DNA of 64,000 bases from Candidatus Woesearchaeota archaeon (GTDB lineage: Archaea > Nanobdellota > Nanobdellia > Woesearchaeales > UBA10216). Under the pieces are notes generated by a model. It did not search any database. It was given only the letters and a program-made list of their open reading frames with translations, and was not told the origin of the DNA. The position numbers and the translations under genes are program-made. The number at the start of each line of letters is the position of its first letter. Within the stretch, counting starts at the first letter, position 1. The stretch covers positions 9,557-73,556 of the forward strand of contig JACPTE010000012.1 in NCBI GenBank assembly GCA_016192945.1, given 5' to 3'. Of this stretch, positions 47,783-57,951 are shown piece by piece.

Positions 47783-49075
47783 ATGATGGAATTTAGTGAA
47801 TTGAAGTTAGAGGATGATTTAATCAGGGTCGCCGTGGAATCGGGATTCAAGGAGCCTACAGCCATCCAGGCCAAGGCTATCCCGCTTATAAAGTCAGGCA
47901 GCGATCTGATAGGCCAGAGCGAGACAGGCTCTGGGAAGACTGTGGCCTTTGTGCTTCCCATTCTTGAAAAGATTGCCCGCGGAGGAGGCGTCCAGTGCCT
48001 TGTCCTGACACCTACAAGGGAGCTGGCTGAACAGGTTGCCAGCGAGTTTTCCAGATTCGGGAAATACAGGCACGCAACTATTTCAGCGGTATATGGGGGC
48101 GTTGAGATAAACCCCCAGATAAACAGAATCAGGCATTCAGAAATCGTGGTTGCAACCCCTGGCAGGCTCCTGGACCACCTTTCAAGGAGGACAGTGGACC
48201 TGAGCAGGGTGAAGTTCCTCATTCTTGACGAGGCTGACAAGATGTTTGACATGGGCTTCATCGGGGATGTGAAGGAAATAATCAGCCATACCCCGAGGAA
48301 CAGGCAGACTCTACTCTTTTCTGCTACAATCAGCCACGACGTTATGGAGCTTTCAAGGAGCTACATGAACAGCCCGGCCAGCGTCAAGTCAAGCCATCTT
48401 GTTGACAAGAAGTTCCTAAAGCAGGAATACTATGATTCCTCGCCCAGGGACAAGTTCTCGCTGCTGCTTCACCTGATAAAGCAGGAGAATCCGGGATTGG
48501 GAATGGTTTTCTGCGCAACACGCACCAGGACTGACTCTGTTGCGAGGAACCTGCACAAGAACAACGTTGAGGCGATTGCCCTTCACGGCGGCCACAGCCA
48601 GAACAGGAGGAACGCCATAATCAGGGATTTCCACTCAGGCAAGATACACATACTTGTAGCAACAGACGTTGCAGCCAGGGGCCTTGACATAAAGAATGTC
48701 ACTCATGTTTTCAACTTTGACATTCCAAAGACCTCGCAGGAGTATGTCCACAGGATTGGAAGGACTGCAAGGGCAGGGAAGTCAGGCAAGGCAATTTCCA
48801 TCCTTTGTGATATTGACCACGACAATTTCAGGAGGGTTTTGGATGACCGCACACTGGTAATTGAGAAGATGCCTCCCCAGAGCTTCGCAAGGGTTCCTTT
48901 CATTGCAAGGCAGCATGATGCTGGAGACAGGAAGTTCGGGAATAGGCCTCGCCCAGGAGGCGGCAGGTTTCACCCTATGCCAAGCCACCCACGGCGTTCA
49001 CCTGGCAACAGGAGCGGATATGGCAGCAGCTATGGCCACAGAAGGCAGCACAGCTCTCCAGGATTAAGGCAATAG
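47783..49075 (+). CDS. DEAD-box ATP-dependent RNA helicase
   Basis: Q motif, GSGKT, PTRELA, DEAD (LILDEADKMFDMGF), SAT, HRIGRTARAG; Arg/Gly/Ser-rich C-terminal tail. Confidence 0.85.
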   Translation: MMEFSELKLEDDLIRVAVESGFKEPTAIQAKAIPLIKSGSDLIGQSETGSGKTVAFVLPILEKIARGGGVQCLVLTPTRELAEQVASEFSRFGKYRHATISAVYGGVEINPQINRIRHSEIVVATPGRLLDHLSRRTVDLSRVKFLILDEADKMFDMGFIGDVKEIISHTPRNRQTLLFSATISHDVMELSRSYMNSPASVKSSHLVDKKFLKQEYYDSSPRDKFSLLLHLIKQENPGLGMVFCATRTRTDSVARNLHKNNVEAIALHGGHSQNRRNAIIRDFHSGKIHILVATDVAARGLDIKNVTHVFNFDIPKTSQEYVHRIGRTARAGKSGKAISILCDIDHDNFRRVLDDRTLVIEKMPPQSFARVPFIARQHDAGDRKFGNRPRPGGGRFHPMPSHPRRSPGNRSGYGSSYGHRRQHSSPGLRQ

Positions 49076-49102
49076 AGAACTGAAAACTCTCTATAAGAAA
49101 AA

Positions 49103-49228
49103 TCCCCACGGCCGGATTTGAACCGGCAGCCTTTCGGGAACGGCTGGCTAAGCTTCATCAACAGCCAGATGGCTTTTTTCTGCATAGCATATCTACAGCC
49201 GAACGCTCTGCCGTTGAGCTACGCGGGG
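49103..49228 (-). tRNA. tRNA-Tyr (GUA) with a 54-nt canonical intron
   Basis: Exons 49228-49193 and 49138-49103: CCCCGCG acceptor, GCUC/GAGC D stem, UUCGG-CUGUAG[intron]C-CCGAA anticodon arm, GCCGG-UUCAAAU-CCGGC T arm. Confidence 0.65.
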
Positions 49229-49323
49229 TTAATCTTAAGAATTAAAGTTTCATTTATAAATCTTTTTTATTGCCCGAAATTATTGAGCAATATTTTTATA
49301 CGCCATCATTAATATGACCTGCT

Positions 49324-49632
49324 GTGATAAGCGTTTACATCACCTTCAGGGATGAGCCAGAGGCAAGGTCCATTGCAAGGCACCTGCTTGAGAAGAGGCT
49401 GATTGCCTGCGCCAACATCTTCCCTGTCAAGAGCATGTTCTGGTGGCAGGGCAAGGTCACGGATGAGCAGGAGGTGGCTATGCTTGCCAAGGCTCCCAAG
49501 AGGAATTTTGGGAGAATCAAGGATGAGGTCAGAAAGCTCCACAGCTACGAAGTGCCCTGCATTGTAAGCCTGCCAGTGGAGCACAAGGATGAGGACTTCT
49601 CAAAATGGGTTGAGGGCGAGACTCAACCATAA
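49324..49632 (+). CDS. cutA: divalent-cation tolerance protein CutA
   Basis: 102 aa; VYITF...ACANIFPVKSMFWWQGKV...pattern of CutA1; GTG start. Confidence 0.65.
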   Translation: MISVYITFRDEPEARSIARHLLEKRLIACANIFPVKSMFWWQGKVTDEQEVAMLAKAPKRNFGRIKDEVRKLHSYEVPCIVSLPVEHKDEDFSKWVEGETQP

Positions 49633-49735
49633 GGCCAGCCTTAATAGTTCAAAAATCATTTGCGCTGCAAAAAAGAGAGCAGAAAACACAAATCCTACTC
49701 CAATGATTTTTGAAATAAGGGTTATTCAAAACTTT

Positions 49736-51166
49736 CTATACTTTCACCAGAACTGAGTTGGATGATGTTTTCCTTTCCCTGCTGTTGTCAACGAATCTTG
49801 CTGTGCATGCTGGAAGGCTGAACCTCTCAAGAACTGAAAGCCTTGTTTTTATGGTGTATGAGAATACCCTCTCCTCGTTCTTCTCCAGCTTGTCCATTTC
49901 CCATTTTATTATCGTGCCCTCCCTTGCCTGCACTATCTTTGATGCCTTGAGCGTTCCTATTTCCGAGTGCTTTTCTATGCTTGCTATCTGAGGCACCCTG
50001 TCTGCAACCAGCAGCTTGTCATATGCCCTTGATTTCCTGTTCTTTACGTGAATAATGACTTTTATGTCTGTTATGCCCTCCTCCTCTATGCCTATGACTG
50101 CCGCCTCTTTCCTCAATGCCACAGGGCTTCTCAGCATGTAGTAAAGAGAGACTATAAGGGCAGCTCCTATTATGAGCATGAAGACTATGGTATAGTTCTC
50201 AACTATGGTTATGGTTTTTCTTTCCTGCGGCGCAAGGATTACGTCCCAGGAGTAGAAGTCCCCCTCTGGCTTGCTTACTATGTTTGCCTTTGGCTCTGTT
50301 GATGTGAAAATGCTCTTGAGCATGTTTGCCTTGGATTCAACTGTCTTGAATGTGTCTGTATTCCCGTTGTTGTAGTAAGTTCTCTGCAGGACTGTTGTAA
50401 ACAGGCTTGTCTGCGGCTCCTTTGCCTCTTCAATTATTTCCGAGTATGGAATTATTTCAAAAGTCTGCCTTAAGTCCGGCTCAAGATTTTCACCCTGCAC
50501 CTGGAAGCTCCAGGTTATGTCATCTTTCTGCGGCCTTGTGAAGGGGTCAATGGTTATGTTGTAATGGAGTGTTTTCCTTGACAGCGGCTCCAGCCCGGCT
50601 ACGTACTGCGCATTTATAACGCTGCTCTTCCCTGTTATTATCATCTCTTTTATGTTTTTTGGGTTCCTGTTGACAAGCTCCATGCTTACCTGAACTGGCT
50701 TCCTTGGGTCTATTCTTGAGGGCATGTTCACTGTCCTTGCAACCGATGGAAGGTACTCCCTAACAGGGCTTGAGAATGGGCCTATATTGACAATGAGGAA
50801 TTCCTTCTCTGTCATGCCTGTGTTGACTGAGTCAAAGTCAATCTCAACCTTGTACTGGCCAGGGGGGATACTCTGAATTGGGCTTACAAGAAGAGATACC
50901 TTTGCTGATGATTTAGCCTTGACATCAACCCCTGAAAAATAGTGATACAATGGGTCTGACTGCACGCTCCAGAATACTTCAGGCGCCCTTATCCTGAATG
51001 TGTCATCAAACGACCGGTCATTGGTTATTGTTATCTCATACGTTGCCCGCTGGTCCCTGCTTATTATTGTGTCGCTGACTGGCTTCACATCCAGGGAAAA
51101 TGCTGCTGCAGCATTCACAGCAAGAAGTGCCAATATTATGAATAAAACCCCTCTTTTGAAACTCAA
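49736..51166 (-). CDS. secreted/membrane-anchored hypothetical protein
   Basis: 476 aa; signal peptide; internal TM IVFMLIIGAALIVSLYYML; beta-rich extracellular part. Confidence 0.4.
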   Translation of the reverse strand: MSFKRGVLFIILALLAVNAAAAFSLDVKPVSDTIISRDQRATYEITITNDRSFDDTFRIRAPEVFWSVQSDPLYHYFSGVDVKAKSSAKVSLLVSPIQSIPPGQYKVEIDFDSVNTGMTEKEFLIVNIGPFSSPVREYLPSVARTVNMPSRIDPRKPVQVSMELVNRNPKNIKEMIITGKSSVINAQYVAGLEPLSRKTLHYNITIDPFTRPQKDDITWSFQVQGENLEPDLRQTFEIIPYSEIIEEAKEPQTSLFTTVLQRTYYNNGNTDTFKTVESKANMLKSIFTSTEPKANIVSKPEGDFYSWDVILAPQERKTITIVENYTIVFMLIIGAALIVSLYYMLRSPVALRKEAAVIGIEEEGITDIKVIIHVKNRKSRAYDKLLVADRVPQIASIEKHSEIGTLKASKIVQAREGTIIKWEMDKLEKNEERVFSYTIKTRLSVLERFSLPACTARFVDNSRERKTSSNSVLVKV

Positions 51167-51247
51167 TCTTTCACCAACCCAAATTTTAGGAATCCTTATT
51201 TATATAGTTTTCTAATTCCCGTATTATAGCCTGTTCCCACATGATTA

Positions 51248-51322
51248 TGGGACTGCCCGGATTTGAACCGGGGTTACCACCACCCCAAGGTGGAGTGATA
51301 GACCAAGCTACACTACAGCCCC
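51248..51322 (-). tRNA. tRNA-Pro (GGG)
   Basis: GGGGCUG/CAGUCCC acceptor, CCACC-UUGGGGU-GGUGG anticodon arm, CCCGG-UUCAAAU-CCGGG T arm; no intron. Confidence 0.7.
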
Positions 51323-51370
51323 ATTGGCGACAGTGTTTTTGCGCTTGTTTAAAATTTTATTGTTGGATTA

Positions 51371-53635
51371 TCATCCCACAATCCTGCTTACGTGCTCTTC
51401 CTTTCCGATTCTTATTACGCTGCTGACAAAGCTCTCTATCTTTGACTCGTGGCTGACTATTATCAGCTGGTTTGTGTTGAGCTGCGCTATCACGTCCCTT
51501 ATCCTTTCAAGCTGCTCGCTGCTGAACCCCTCTGTCGGCTCGTCAAGGATGAGGAGGTTTCTTGTCTTTATGGTTGAGACAAGGTCATTTATTACCCTGT
51601 TAAGCGCCAGCCTGTATGAGAGGGCGCAGCTTGTCCTCTCCCCCCCTGACAGGCTTTCAAACACCTGCTCGTACCCGTTCTGCTCTATCACTGGCGTGAA
51701 GTCCTCGTCAAGCCTTATGCTGAGCGTATTGTCTTCCATAAGCGTGCTGAACCAGCTTTGGAAGAATGCGTTGAACTCATTGTATACCTTGAGCATGACC
51801 TGCTGTTCCATCAGCCCCATCATGCTTATGAAGTGCTCGTCCATCCAGTGAGCTGTCCTCTTAAGCTGCTCTGCCTCGCTTTTTATCCCTGTTTTCTTAG
51901 CTATCTCGGTGCTTATCAGCCCTATCTCCCTATTCAGCGAGTCTTTCCTGCTGTTAAGGGATGCGCATTGCATGCTCAGCGCCTTTTCATTCCTCAGCAG
52001 CTCATCAAGCCCTGACCTGCCTTCCCGGATTTGCTTTTCAAGCTCCCCGAATTCACCCATCCTGCTGCTTTCCAGCTCAAGCCCTGCAACCAGCCCCTTA
52101 ATATCCACTGCAAGCGCTGCAGCCTTTTCCTTCAGGGACTTTATCCTTATTTCCCTCTCCTCAAGCAGCTGCTCGTATTGCCTGCTTTCCCTTATCAGCC
52201 GGTTTATCCTTCGCAGCTCTGTTTCATCCGGAGCGTCAAGATGGCTTGATGCCTGCATTTTTTCATGCAGCTTTTGCTGCAGCCCTGCCTCTGCAGCGGT
52301 TTCAAGGCACATTGATATTTCTGCGCTTATGCCAGCCAGCTGCCGTTCCTTCTCACGAAGCAGGCAGATTTCCTTTTTCAAGCCGGATATCTTCAGCTCA
52401 AGCCTGCTCTTGCTGGCGGAGGTTTCTGATAACAATGCAACTGCCTTTTCCATTTTCTCGCGTTCAAGTGTAATTATATGGCTCTTGTGCTCATCGCTTA
52501 CCGGCTGCCTGCAGGTTGGGCAGGTCTCAAGCGAGGATACGCTTCCAGCCACCTTTTCTGACAGCTCCACAATGTACTGCTGCTTCCTGATTTCTGCGCT
52601 TGCCCTGCCCAGCTCCTCTTCAAGACCTTCCAGCTCCTTTTCCAGAATCGCTTTCCTGCCGGATTCCTCAACCAGCCTTTCCTTTTTTTTCATTGAGCAT
52701 GCAAGCATCCCTGCAAATGTGTCGTGCAGCTTTTTTCCCTCCTCGTTCTTTTTCTTCAGCTCCCCTGTTTCCAGCCCAGCCCCTGCCAGCTCTGTTTCAG
52801 CATCTTTCAGCGAATTTTTCCTTTCCCTGATTCTGGCTGAAAGGACCTCTATGAGCTTCTTGCGCTCGTACATCTGCCTTGATTTCTCCTCAAGGCCTTC
52901 GTTATGCCTTTTTTTACTTTCAATCAGCCCTTCAAGAGCGACTATTTTTGGCGTGACCTGGGCGATTGACTCATCTATTCCTGAAAGCTCCTTTTCCAGC
53001 CCATCCTTTCTTGCCCCGATTTGCGGAAGGTCCTCTACCCTGGCTGAGAGCTCCCTTATCCTCTCTTTCGTGCTTTTTATTATAAACAGGGCATTGTCCC
53101 TAATCCTCTTGTACTTGTCTATGTTGAAGACCCTCCTGAGAGTGTCAAGCCTGTTAGTGTTGTTGTCCATCAGTATGAGCTTCATCTCCTCCTGTGGCGT
53201 GTAAACAGTATACCTGAAGATAAGGGATTTTGATTTTGTAAGGAGTTCCTTTGGATAACCCAGCAGCTCAAGCACCCTTGCCTTAAGCTCTGTCGGCGTT
53301 CCCTCCTGCCTTTTCCCGTCAACTACAATGTAGCCTTCATCCTGCCTCACAGAGTCCTTCAGCCTCTTAAGTCCCCTTTTAACCAAAACGATTCTCCTGT
53401 CAATAGTCAGCTTTAATTCTACTTCCCCAAAGTCCCTCCCATTCCTGAGCAGTGTTGAGCCGTCAACACTTGAGGTAAGCCCAAAAAGGGCAAACTCTAT
53501 AGCGAGAAGTATGGTTGATTTGCCTGTGCCGATATCCCCGCTCAGCATTATGCTTCCTGTAGGAAATTCTATGAACGCATCTGTATAGCTCCTTATGTTG
53601 TGCAGCCTCAATGAATGGATTATCACAACTGACAT
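51371..53635 (-). CDS. rad50: DNA double-strand break repair ATPase Rad50 (SMC-like)
   Basis: Walker A GDIGTGKST, long coiled coil, zinc hook CPTC, signature SGGE, Walker B LILDEPT; no mre11 adjacent. Confidence 0.8.
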   Translation of the reverse strand: MSVVIIHSLRLHNIRSYTDAFIEFPTGSIMLSGDIGTGKSTILLAIEFALFGLTSSVDGSTLLRNGRDFGEVELKLTIDRRIVLVKRGLKRLKDSVRQDEGYIVVDGKRQEGTPTELKARVLELLGYPKELLTKSKSLIFRYTVYTPQEEMKLILMDNNTNRLDTLRRVFNIDKYKRIRDNALFIIKSTKERIRELSARVEDLPQIGARKDGLEKELSGIDESIAQVTPKIVALEGLIESKKRHNEGLEEKSRQMYERKKLIEVLSARIRERKNSLKDAETELAGAGLETGELKKKNEEGKKLHDTFAGMLACSMKKKERLVEESGRKAILEKELEGLEEELGRASAEIRKQQYIVELSEKVAGSVSSLETCPTCRQPVSDEHKSHIITLEREKMEKAVALLSETSASKSRLELKISGLKKEICLLREKERQLAGISAEISMCLETAAEAGLQQKLHEKMQASSHLDAPDETELRRINRLIRESRQYEQLLEEREIRIKSLKEKAAALAVDIKGLVAGLELESSRMGEFGELEKQIREGRSGLDELLRNEKALSMQCASLNSRKDSLNREIGLISTEIAKKTGIKSEAEQLKRTAHWMDEHFISMMGLMEQQVMLKVYNEFNAFFQSWFSTLMEDNTLSIRLDEDFTPVIEQNGYEQVFESLSGGERTSCALSYRLALNRVINDLVSTIKTRNLLILDEPTEGFSSEQLERIRDVIAQLNTNQLIIVSHESKIESFVSSVIRIGKEEHVSRIVG

Positions 53636-53724
53636 GTCGGTTTTGTTTTATAAAAAGGTTGTTGGTTGTTTGAATTAAAACGCATATAAGAAATCAGATA
53701 TTGCTGATATTATGACCTGGCATT

Positions 53725-54735
53725 TCAGCTATCCCTGAACTTCCTCCTGAGCCTTGCCTTGAGCTCCTCAACAACAGGCACTGGTGTCGGGTCTGTGCTG
53801 TAGTTCAGCGCAAGGTAGTATGAAACATACATCCCTGTAAGGATTGCAGTGAACAGCTTTGTTATGAATGACCTTCCCTTGAGCACTATCTGGGTTGATT
53901 CAACCCCTGCTTTGGATATTATATCCTTGCTTATCGCCATCCTTTCCCTGACCCTTTCGTGGTCAAGCTCATCCTGCAGGATTACAGCATAATATTTAGC
54001 CTGCATATTCCTGAAGGCATTTATCTCGTTGTGGTTCATCTCAGGGAACACATTGCTGAAAGCGTGTGCTTTTGAGCACTCGTTTATGAGTATCTTCCAT
54101 ATGTATGCTGCTATCCCGAGCTGTGTTGACGCGTAAATAAGCGGTATTTTCCCTGTGAGCTTTGACGCCAGCTCCCTTGACTGCTCCCTTACACTTGAGC
54201 GCCTCAGGAAGTCAGCTGTTTTCCTGATTTCGCCTTCAACATCCCTTATGTACCCTGAATTTGCAAGCACTGTAAGCATAGGCATGAACATGTATGCCAG
54301 AGAAAGCCTCGGCTGTATTCCTGCAGGAACCAGTATGAGCGGTAGGCTTTTCTCATCTGCAATCTGCCTGAGCTTCCCCCCTGATGTTATAACAATTATC
54401 TTGCAGCCCTTTCTCACTGCGTTCTTCAGCGTGCTTATTGTTTCCTCAGTGTTTCCAGAGTAGGATATCGCAAAAACAAGAGTCTTGCTGCCTACGAACT
54501 CAGGAAGCGAATAATCCCTAACAACCAGAACAGGGGTTTTCAGCCCTATGCTTTGCGCGTATGCCTTGAGCATATCCCCTGGATGGCCTGAGCCCCCCAT
54601 CCCTGCAACTATTATCTGGGTTACCTCGCCGGTTATCTTTATCTTCCCTGCAAGGCCTGCAGCCTCCTCTATCTGCTTGGGAAAATTGTCAAGGACCCCT
54701 ATCATGTTTCCGCTGTCTACCTCGCTTTCAGGCAT
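53725..54735 (-). CDS. bifunctional phosphoglucose/phosphomannose isomerase (SIS domain)
   Basis: 336 aa; SIS motif IIVAGMGGSGHPG and AISYSGNTEET. Confidence 0.7.
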   Translation of the reverse strand: MPESEVDSGNMIGVLDNFPKQIEEAAGLAGKIKITGEVTQIIVAGMGGSGHPGDMLKAYAQSIGLKTPVLVVRDYSLPEFVGSKTLVFAISYSGNTEETISTLKNAVRKGCKIIVITSGGKLRQIADEKSLPLILVPAGIQPRLSLAYMFMPMLTVLANSGYIRDVEGEIRKTADFLRRSSVREQSRELASKLTGKIPLIYASTQLGIAAYIWKILINECSKAHAFSNVFPEMNHNEINAFRNMQAKYYAVILQDELDHERVRERMAISKDIISKAGVESTQIVLKGRSFITKLFTAILTGMYVSYYLALNYSTDPTPVPVVEELKARLRRKFRDS

Positions 54736-55140
54736 GCCCGGATTCTATCCTGCATCTTATATAAATTTTGTGCGAGGGGCTGATTGAATCCGCCGAGAGC
54801 GTAGCCCGAGAGTGCAACATACCCGAATTCCCCGAAGGTCTGAAATCATTTGAAAATTAAGAATAATCCGAAGATTATTGGGATAACAACATACCCAATA
54901 AAATGTGATACGACTCCAAATTTACCTCATCAAAACCTTTCTTTATAGGAGATATTTTTAGATACAAAGAAATTAATGTTGAAACTATGATTATAACGAC
55001 TAAAAATATTTTTAAAATATTTTTTTCCATTTTTATCCATCCAATAAAATTTCTTTGTCTTTTAACATAACTATTAGTTTAAGAGATGACTTTATAAAGT
55101 TTCTACTTCCGGCGGCTGAGGAGGAAAGCCTCAAGAAGAG

Positions 55141-55302
55141 TCAAAGGGCAAAGTTTGCAGGAAAAAGTCCCGGCATGGTTAGCCTGACTATTCCGACGAG
55201 CCGCCCATTGTTGTTATCCAGGTGGTTGTTGCCATCAGCCCTGCCATTATTGATATTATCATTGAGCCTAGCCACAAACCACAAGCGGCAGGTAGTAGCC
55301 AT
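55141..55302 (-). pseudogene. diverged duplicate of the 3' end of the gene at 55480-56304
   Basis: ~95-nt similarity between 55193-55290 and 55640-55740; encodes CRLWFVARLNDNINNGRADGNNHLDNNNGRLVG versus GRLWFVAGLGGSISSGGAVGVNHLGSDGGRFVG. Confidence 0.35.
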
Positions 55303-55479
55303 TCCACTTAAAATTTCCTCACTGCCGCTTCATTTCTGTTGCAGCTGAATTTTATAGCAACAATGTTGCCGTAGTGGAAAGGCGTGTAGTTCCAAGCTAC
55401 ACCTCAACACACATCCTCCTTGTAAAGGATGATGCGTAGCCGGGACAAATAACAAAAAAGAACACACTCATATAAAAAA

Positions 55480-56304
55480 TTACTTGTAAAGCGGCTTCAA
55501 AGCCGCACGGACATCAGTTCCAAAGCCAGCTCTGCCAACCTCAGCAACATATTTCCCAGCGGCAGATAAAACAACATTAACAGTCTGGTCAAGAGTTGGA
55601 CCTGCAACCCCACCTGTAACGGCGCGCGCCTCCGGCGCTACCCCGACGAAACGCCCACCGTCGCTACCCAGGTGGTTGACGCCAACAGCCCCGCCACTAC
55701 TGATACTACCACCGAGCCCAGCCACAAACCACAAGCGGCCAGCCGCTCCTTCAGAAGGAACAGTAGAATGATAAATTCCCATCAGATTGCCATCATAACC
55801 AAACCTTTCTTTGGCCTGAGCAAAAGTAGAATCAACAAACCCAGCAAGCAAGGACTTATCCCCTCCCGCCAAAGCAAGCCATCCTGGATTGATTTTAGCG
55901 TCAGAGCTTCCAAGAGGCTTGTTAAAATAACGCTCTACCTGCTGAGGACTGAATTCCTCACCTTCCAAACCCCTATAAAAGTCATTACTCAAAGGAACAG
56001 CACCATTGACCAGAACCTTTTCCGGTGTGAACTGCCTCAAGTATTCAGCATCAGGAACTATTTTCAGCCTGCCATCACTATGCCTAACAGCACCATCACC
56101 AGTATCAACATAATTGTCCCACCACGCAAGCTTAACCTCATCAGGCACTCCTGAAGCAAGAACTTCCAAACGCCTCTTCATGAGACCGGAAACAGATAAT
56201 GGGCTTCTGCCTTCTGCAACAAGCAAAGACATCTGCTCAACAGTACTTCCATAAAACTCCATATAATCAGCAACAGGAATGTTCAGTTGTAAGCTCATGT
56301 TCAT
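55480..56304 (-). CDS. hypothetical protein (Gly/Ala-rich C-terminus), compositionally atypical
   Basis: 274 aa; GC-richer than the flanks; no recognisable family. Confidence 0.35.
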   Translation of the reverse strand: MNMSLQLNIPVADYMEFYGSTVEQMSLLVAEGRSPLSVSGLMKRRLEVLASGVPDEVKLAWWDNYVDTGDGAVRHSDGRLKIVPDAEYLRQFTPEKVLVNGAVPLSNDFYRGLEGEEFSPQQVERYFNKPLGSSDAKINPGWLALAGGDKSLLAGFVDSTFAQAKERFGYDGNLMGIYHSTVPSEGAAGRLWFVAGLGGSISSGGAVGVNHLGSDGGRFVGVAPEARAVTGGVAGPTLDQTVNVVLSAAGKYVAEVGRAGFGTDVRAALKPLYK

Positions 56305-56410
56305 ACCCTCTATTTGTTAAGGAATTAAACGCCCATATATAAACTTTTTCATTTATTTGTTACCATGAAGTAGTATTGAAATTGGGCCGTTAGAATTATT
56401 CCGATTAGTT

Positions 56411-57040
56411 TCAAATAGCTTTTCTTCTGCTCCTGCTCTTAACGCTTGCCAAAACACAGCTTACCTCATCAAAACTGATTGAACTGTCATTGAGCCTTGC
56501 TTTTATCTGCTTAAGCTTGTCATCAGGGCTTCCAATTTTTTGCAGAATCCTGATTACTTTCTCCTTCTGCATAATCTTCCAGACAGAAAGCTGGTTATAC
56601 TGGATAAGCATTGCCAAGTGACCCCAAACCGTTGAATCCTTTATGCCTCTTCTCTTTGCTATTTCCGCAACGCTCAGACCTTTCTTAAGCAAATATGCTG
56701 TTTGCTGACTGCTGAGAGGAAACCGTGCCTCTTCAGATTTCTTTGCAAAGTTACTTTCCTTTTTGCTATTAACAGGTTGCTCCCGTTGCTCCTCCGAAAA
56801 ACAATGCGCCAAAAGTCTGGTCAGATGCATCCTATATTTATATGTGTCCGCATGCGAAACATAGGCAAGCCACCCTTCAAACCTCTCAATAAATTCCTCT
56901 TGCCCAATAAGCTTTAATTTGTATAGCTCCTTTAGCTCCTCAAACCTCTTCTCAAATTTCCTGAGGTTTTTCCTCCTCACGAGCTTATGATAAAAAAATA
57001 TCCTGAACCCCAAGAATCCAACGCCATTATTAAGCATCAA
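56411..57040 (-). pseudogene. N-terminally truncated reverse transcriptase (group II intron maturase-like thumb/X domain) with C-terminal LuxR/sigma70-r4-like HTH
   Basis: Begins at ...NNGVGFLGF (post-YxDD region); FIERFEGWLAYVSHADTYKYR resembles the GWxNYY X-domain; HTH LSSQQTAYLLKKGLSVAEIAKRRGIKDSTV; frame upstream is closed by stops within 8 codons. Confidence 0.45.
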
Positions 57041-57242
57041 TATCTTGCATTTATTCCTTTCTCAATCCGGGCTACTTCTTCATAACAGCCGCAAGCGGCT
57101 GATTAAAGTTCCTGCCAAGCCAACAAGATGAAGTCAAGTTAGGTGTCTTGACTTTCTTTGGTTGAAGTGATAGAACCATAATCCGAAGAATGCTAAAGCT
57201 CCTTTTAGGCTTTGGAAAGTGCTGAACCACTTGATTCTGCGC

Positions 57243-57295
57243 TTAATTTCCCTATTCAGCCTTTCAACTTAATTTCCCTATTCAGCCTTTCAATA
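57243..57295. repeat. tandem 26-bp direct repeat (TTAATTTCCCTATTCAGCCTTTCAAC x2) spanning the transposase stop codon
   Basis: seen in sequence; a second tandem 13-bp repeat (TAGCACTTTTGA x2) lies at 58020-58045 near the other IS end. Confidence 0.5.
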
Positions 57296-57951
57296 AACCA
57301 GTTCCTTCCAATTCCACTGCTGACCACATGCCTTTTCCTTTGCTCTTTATAATTCCAGCCAATCTCTTTCTTAATCGCATAATTGTATTGCTCTAAGCCA
57401 TCCGTGATGATTCTTTTAGGCCTTACTCCAGATACTTGCATTGCTGTGCTCAGAAGGATGCGTGCATCCTTAATTCGTCTTGTCTTGCTAATGTGCCAAG
57501 AAAGAACTCCGATTTTGTCATAAACTATCCAAAGCCAATTACCCTTTCCTTTGATTTTCACATAAGTTTCGTCTGCGTGCCAAGTTGTTGGCACGGCGAT
57601 TTCTCGTCGGGAAATCGGCTTTTTTGTTGTTAATACCCATTGCCTTATAGCTTCTCGGCTGAATTTTACGTTAAATATTTGCAATAACAATTCAGCTATT
57701 CCTTCTAACGAAATTCCTTTTTTCAAATCCGTATAGATTTCAACAGCAAAACCGATAATGTGGCTGAATGTTCTTCTTCTTGGCAAGTCACTTGTCCAAA
57801 CAAAGCGAAACCCGCATTTTTTGCACTCATATTTTTGAAAGCCTTGCTCGTTTTTGCCTTTTCTGTAAAAGTCTTCTTCACCGCATTTTTTGCAAAAGGC
57901 GCAAAGCGAACCTTTTTTATAGCTAAAGCTACTCAAATCTGTTTGTATCAT
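57256..57951 (-). CDS. IS6-family DDE transposase with N-terminal zinc finger
   Basis: 231 aa; CAFCKKC...CKKCG zinc finger; WHADETYVKIKGKGNWLWIVYD...D..E typical of IS6/IS26-like transposases. Confidence 0.8.
   Translation of the reverse strand: MIQTDLSSFSYKKGSLCAFCKKCGEEDFYRKGKNEQGFQKYECKKCGFRFVWTSDLPRRRTFSHIIGFAVEIYTDLKKGISLEGIAELLLQIFNVKFSREAIRQWVLTTKKPISRREIAVPTTWHADETYVKIKGKGNWLWIVYDKIGVLSWHISKTRRIKDARILLSTAMQVSGVRPKRIITDGLEQYNYAIKKEIGWNYKEQRKRHVVSSGIGRNWFIERLNREIKLKG

Noticed and set aside
46892-49192. C-box-like UGAUGA motifs inside the tRNA-Asp and tRNA-Tyr introns (possible intron-encoded C/D box sRNAs)
   Set aside because: No matching D box (CUGA) or D'/C' pair could be found at the right spacing, and the motifs are short enough to occur by chance.
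55055-55348. 97-aa plus-strand ORF
   Set aside because: It lies opposite the duplicated C-terminal fragment, whose reading frame is on the minus strand. The translation is low-complexity, so it is likely spurious.
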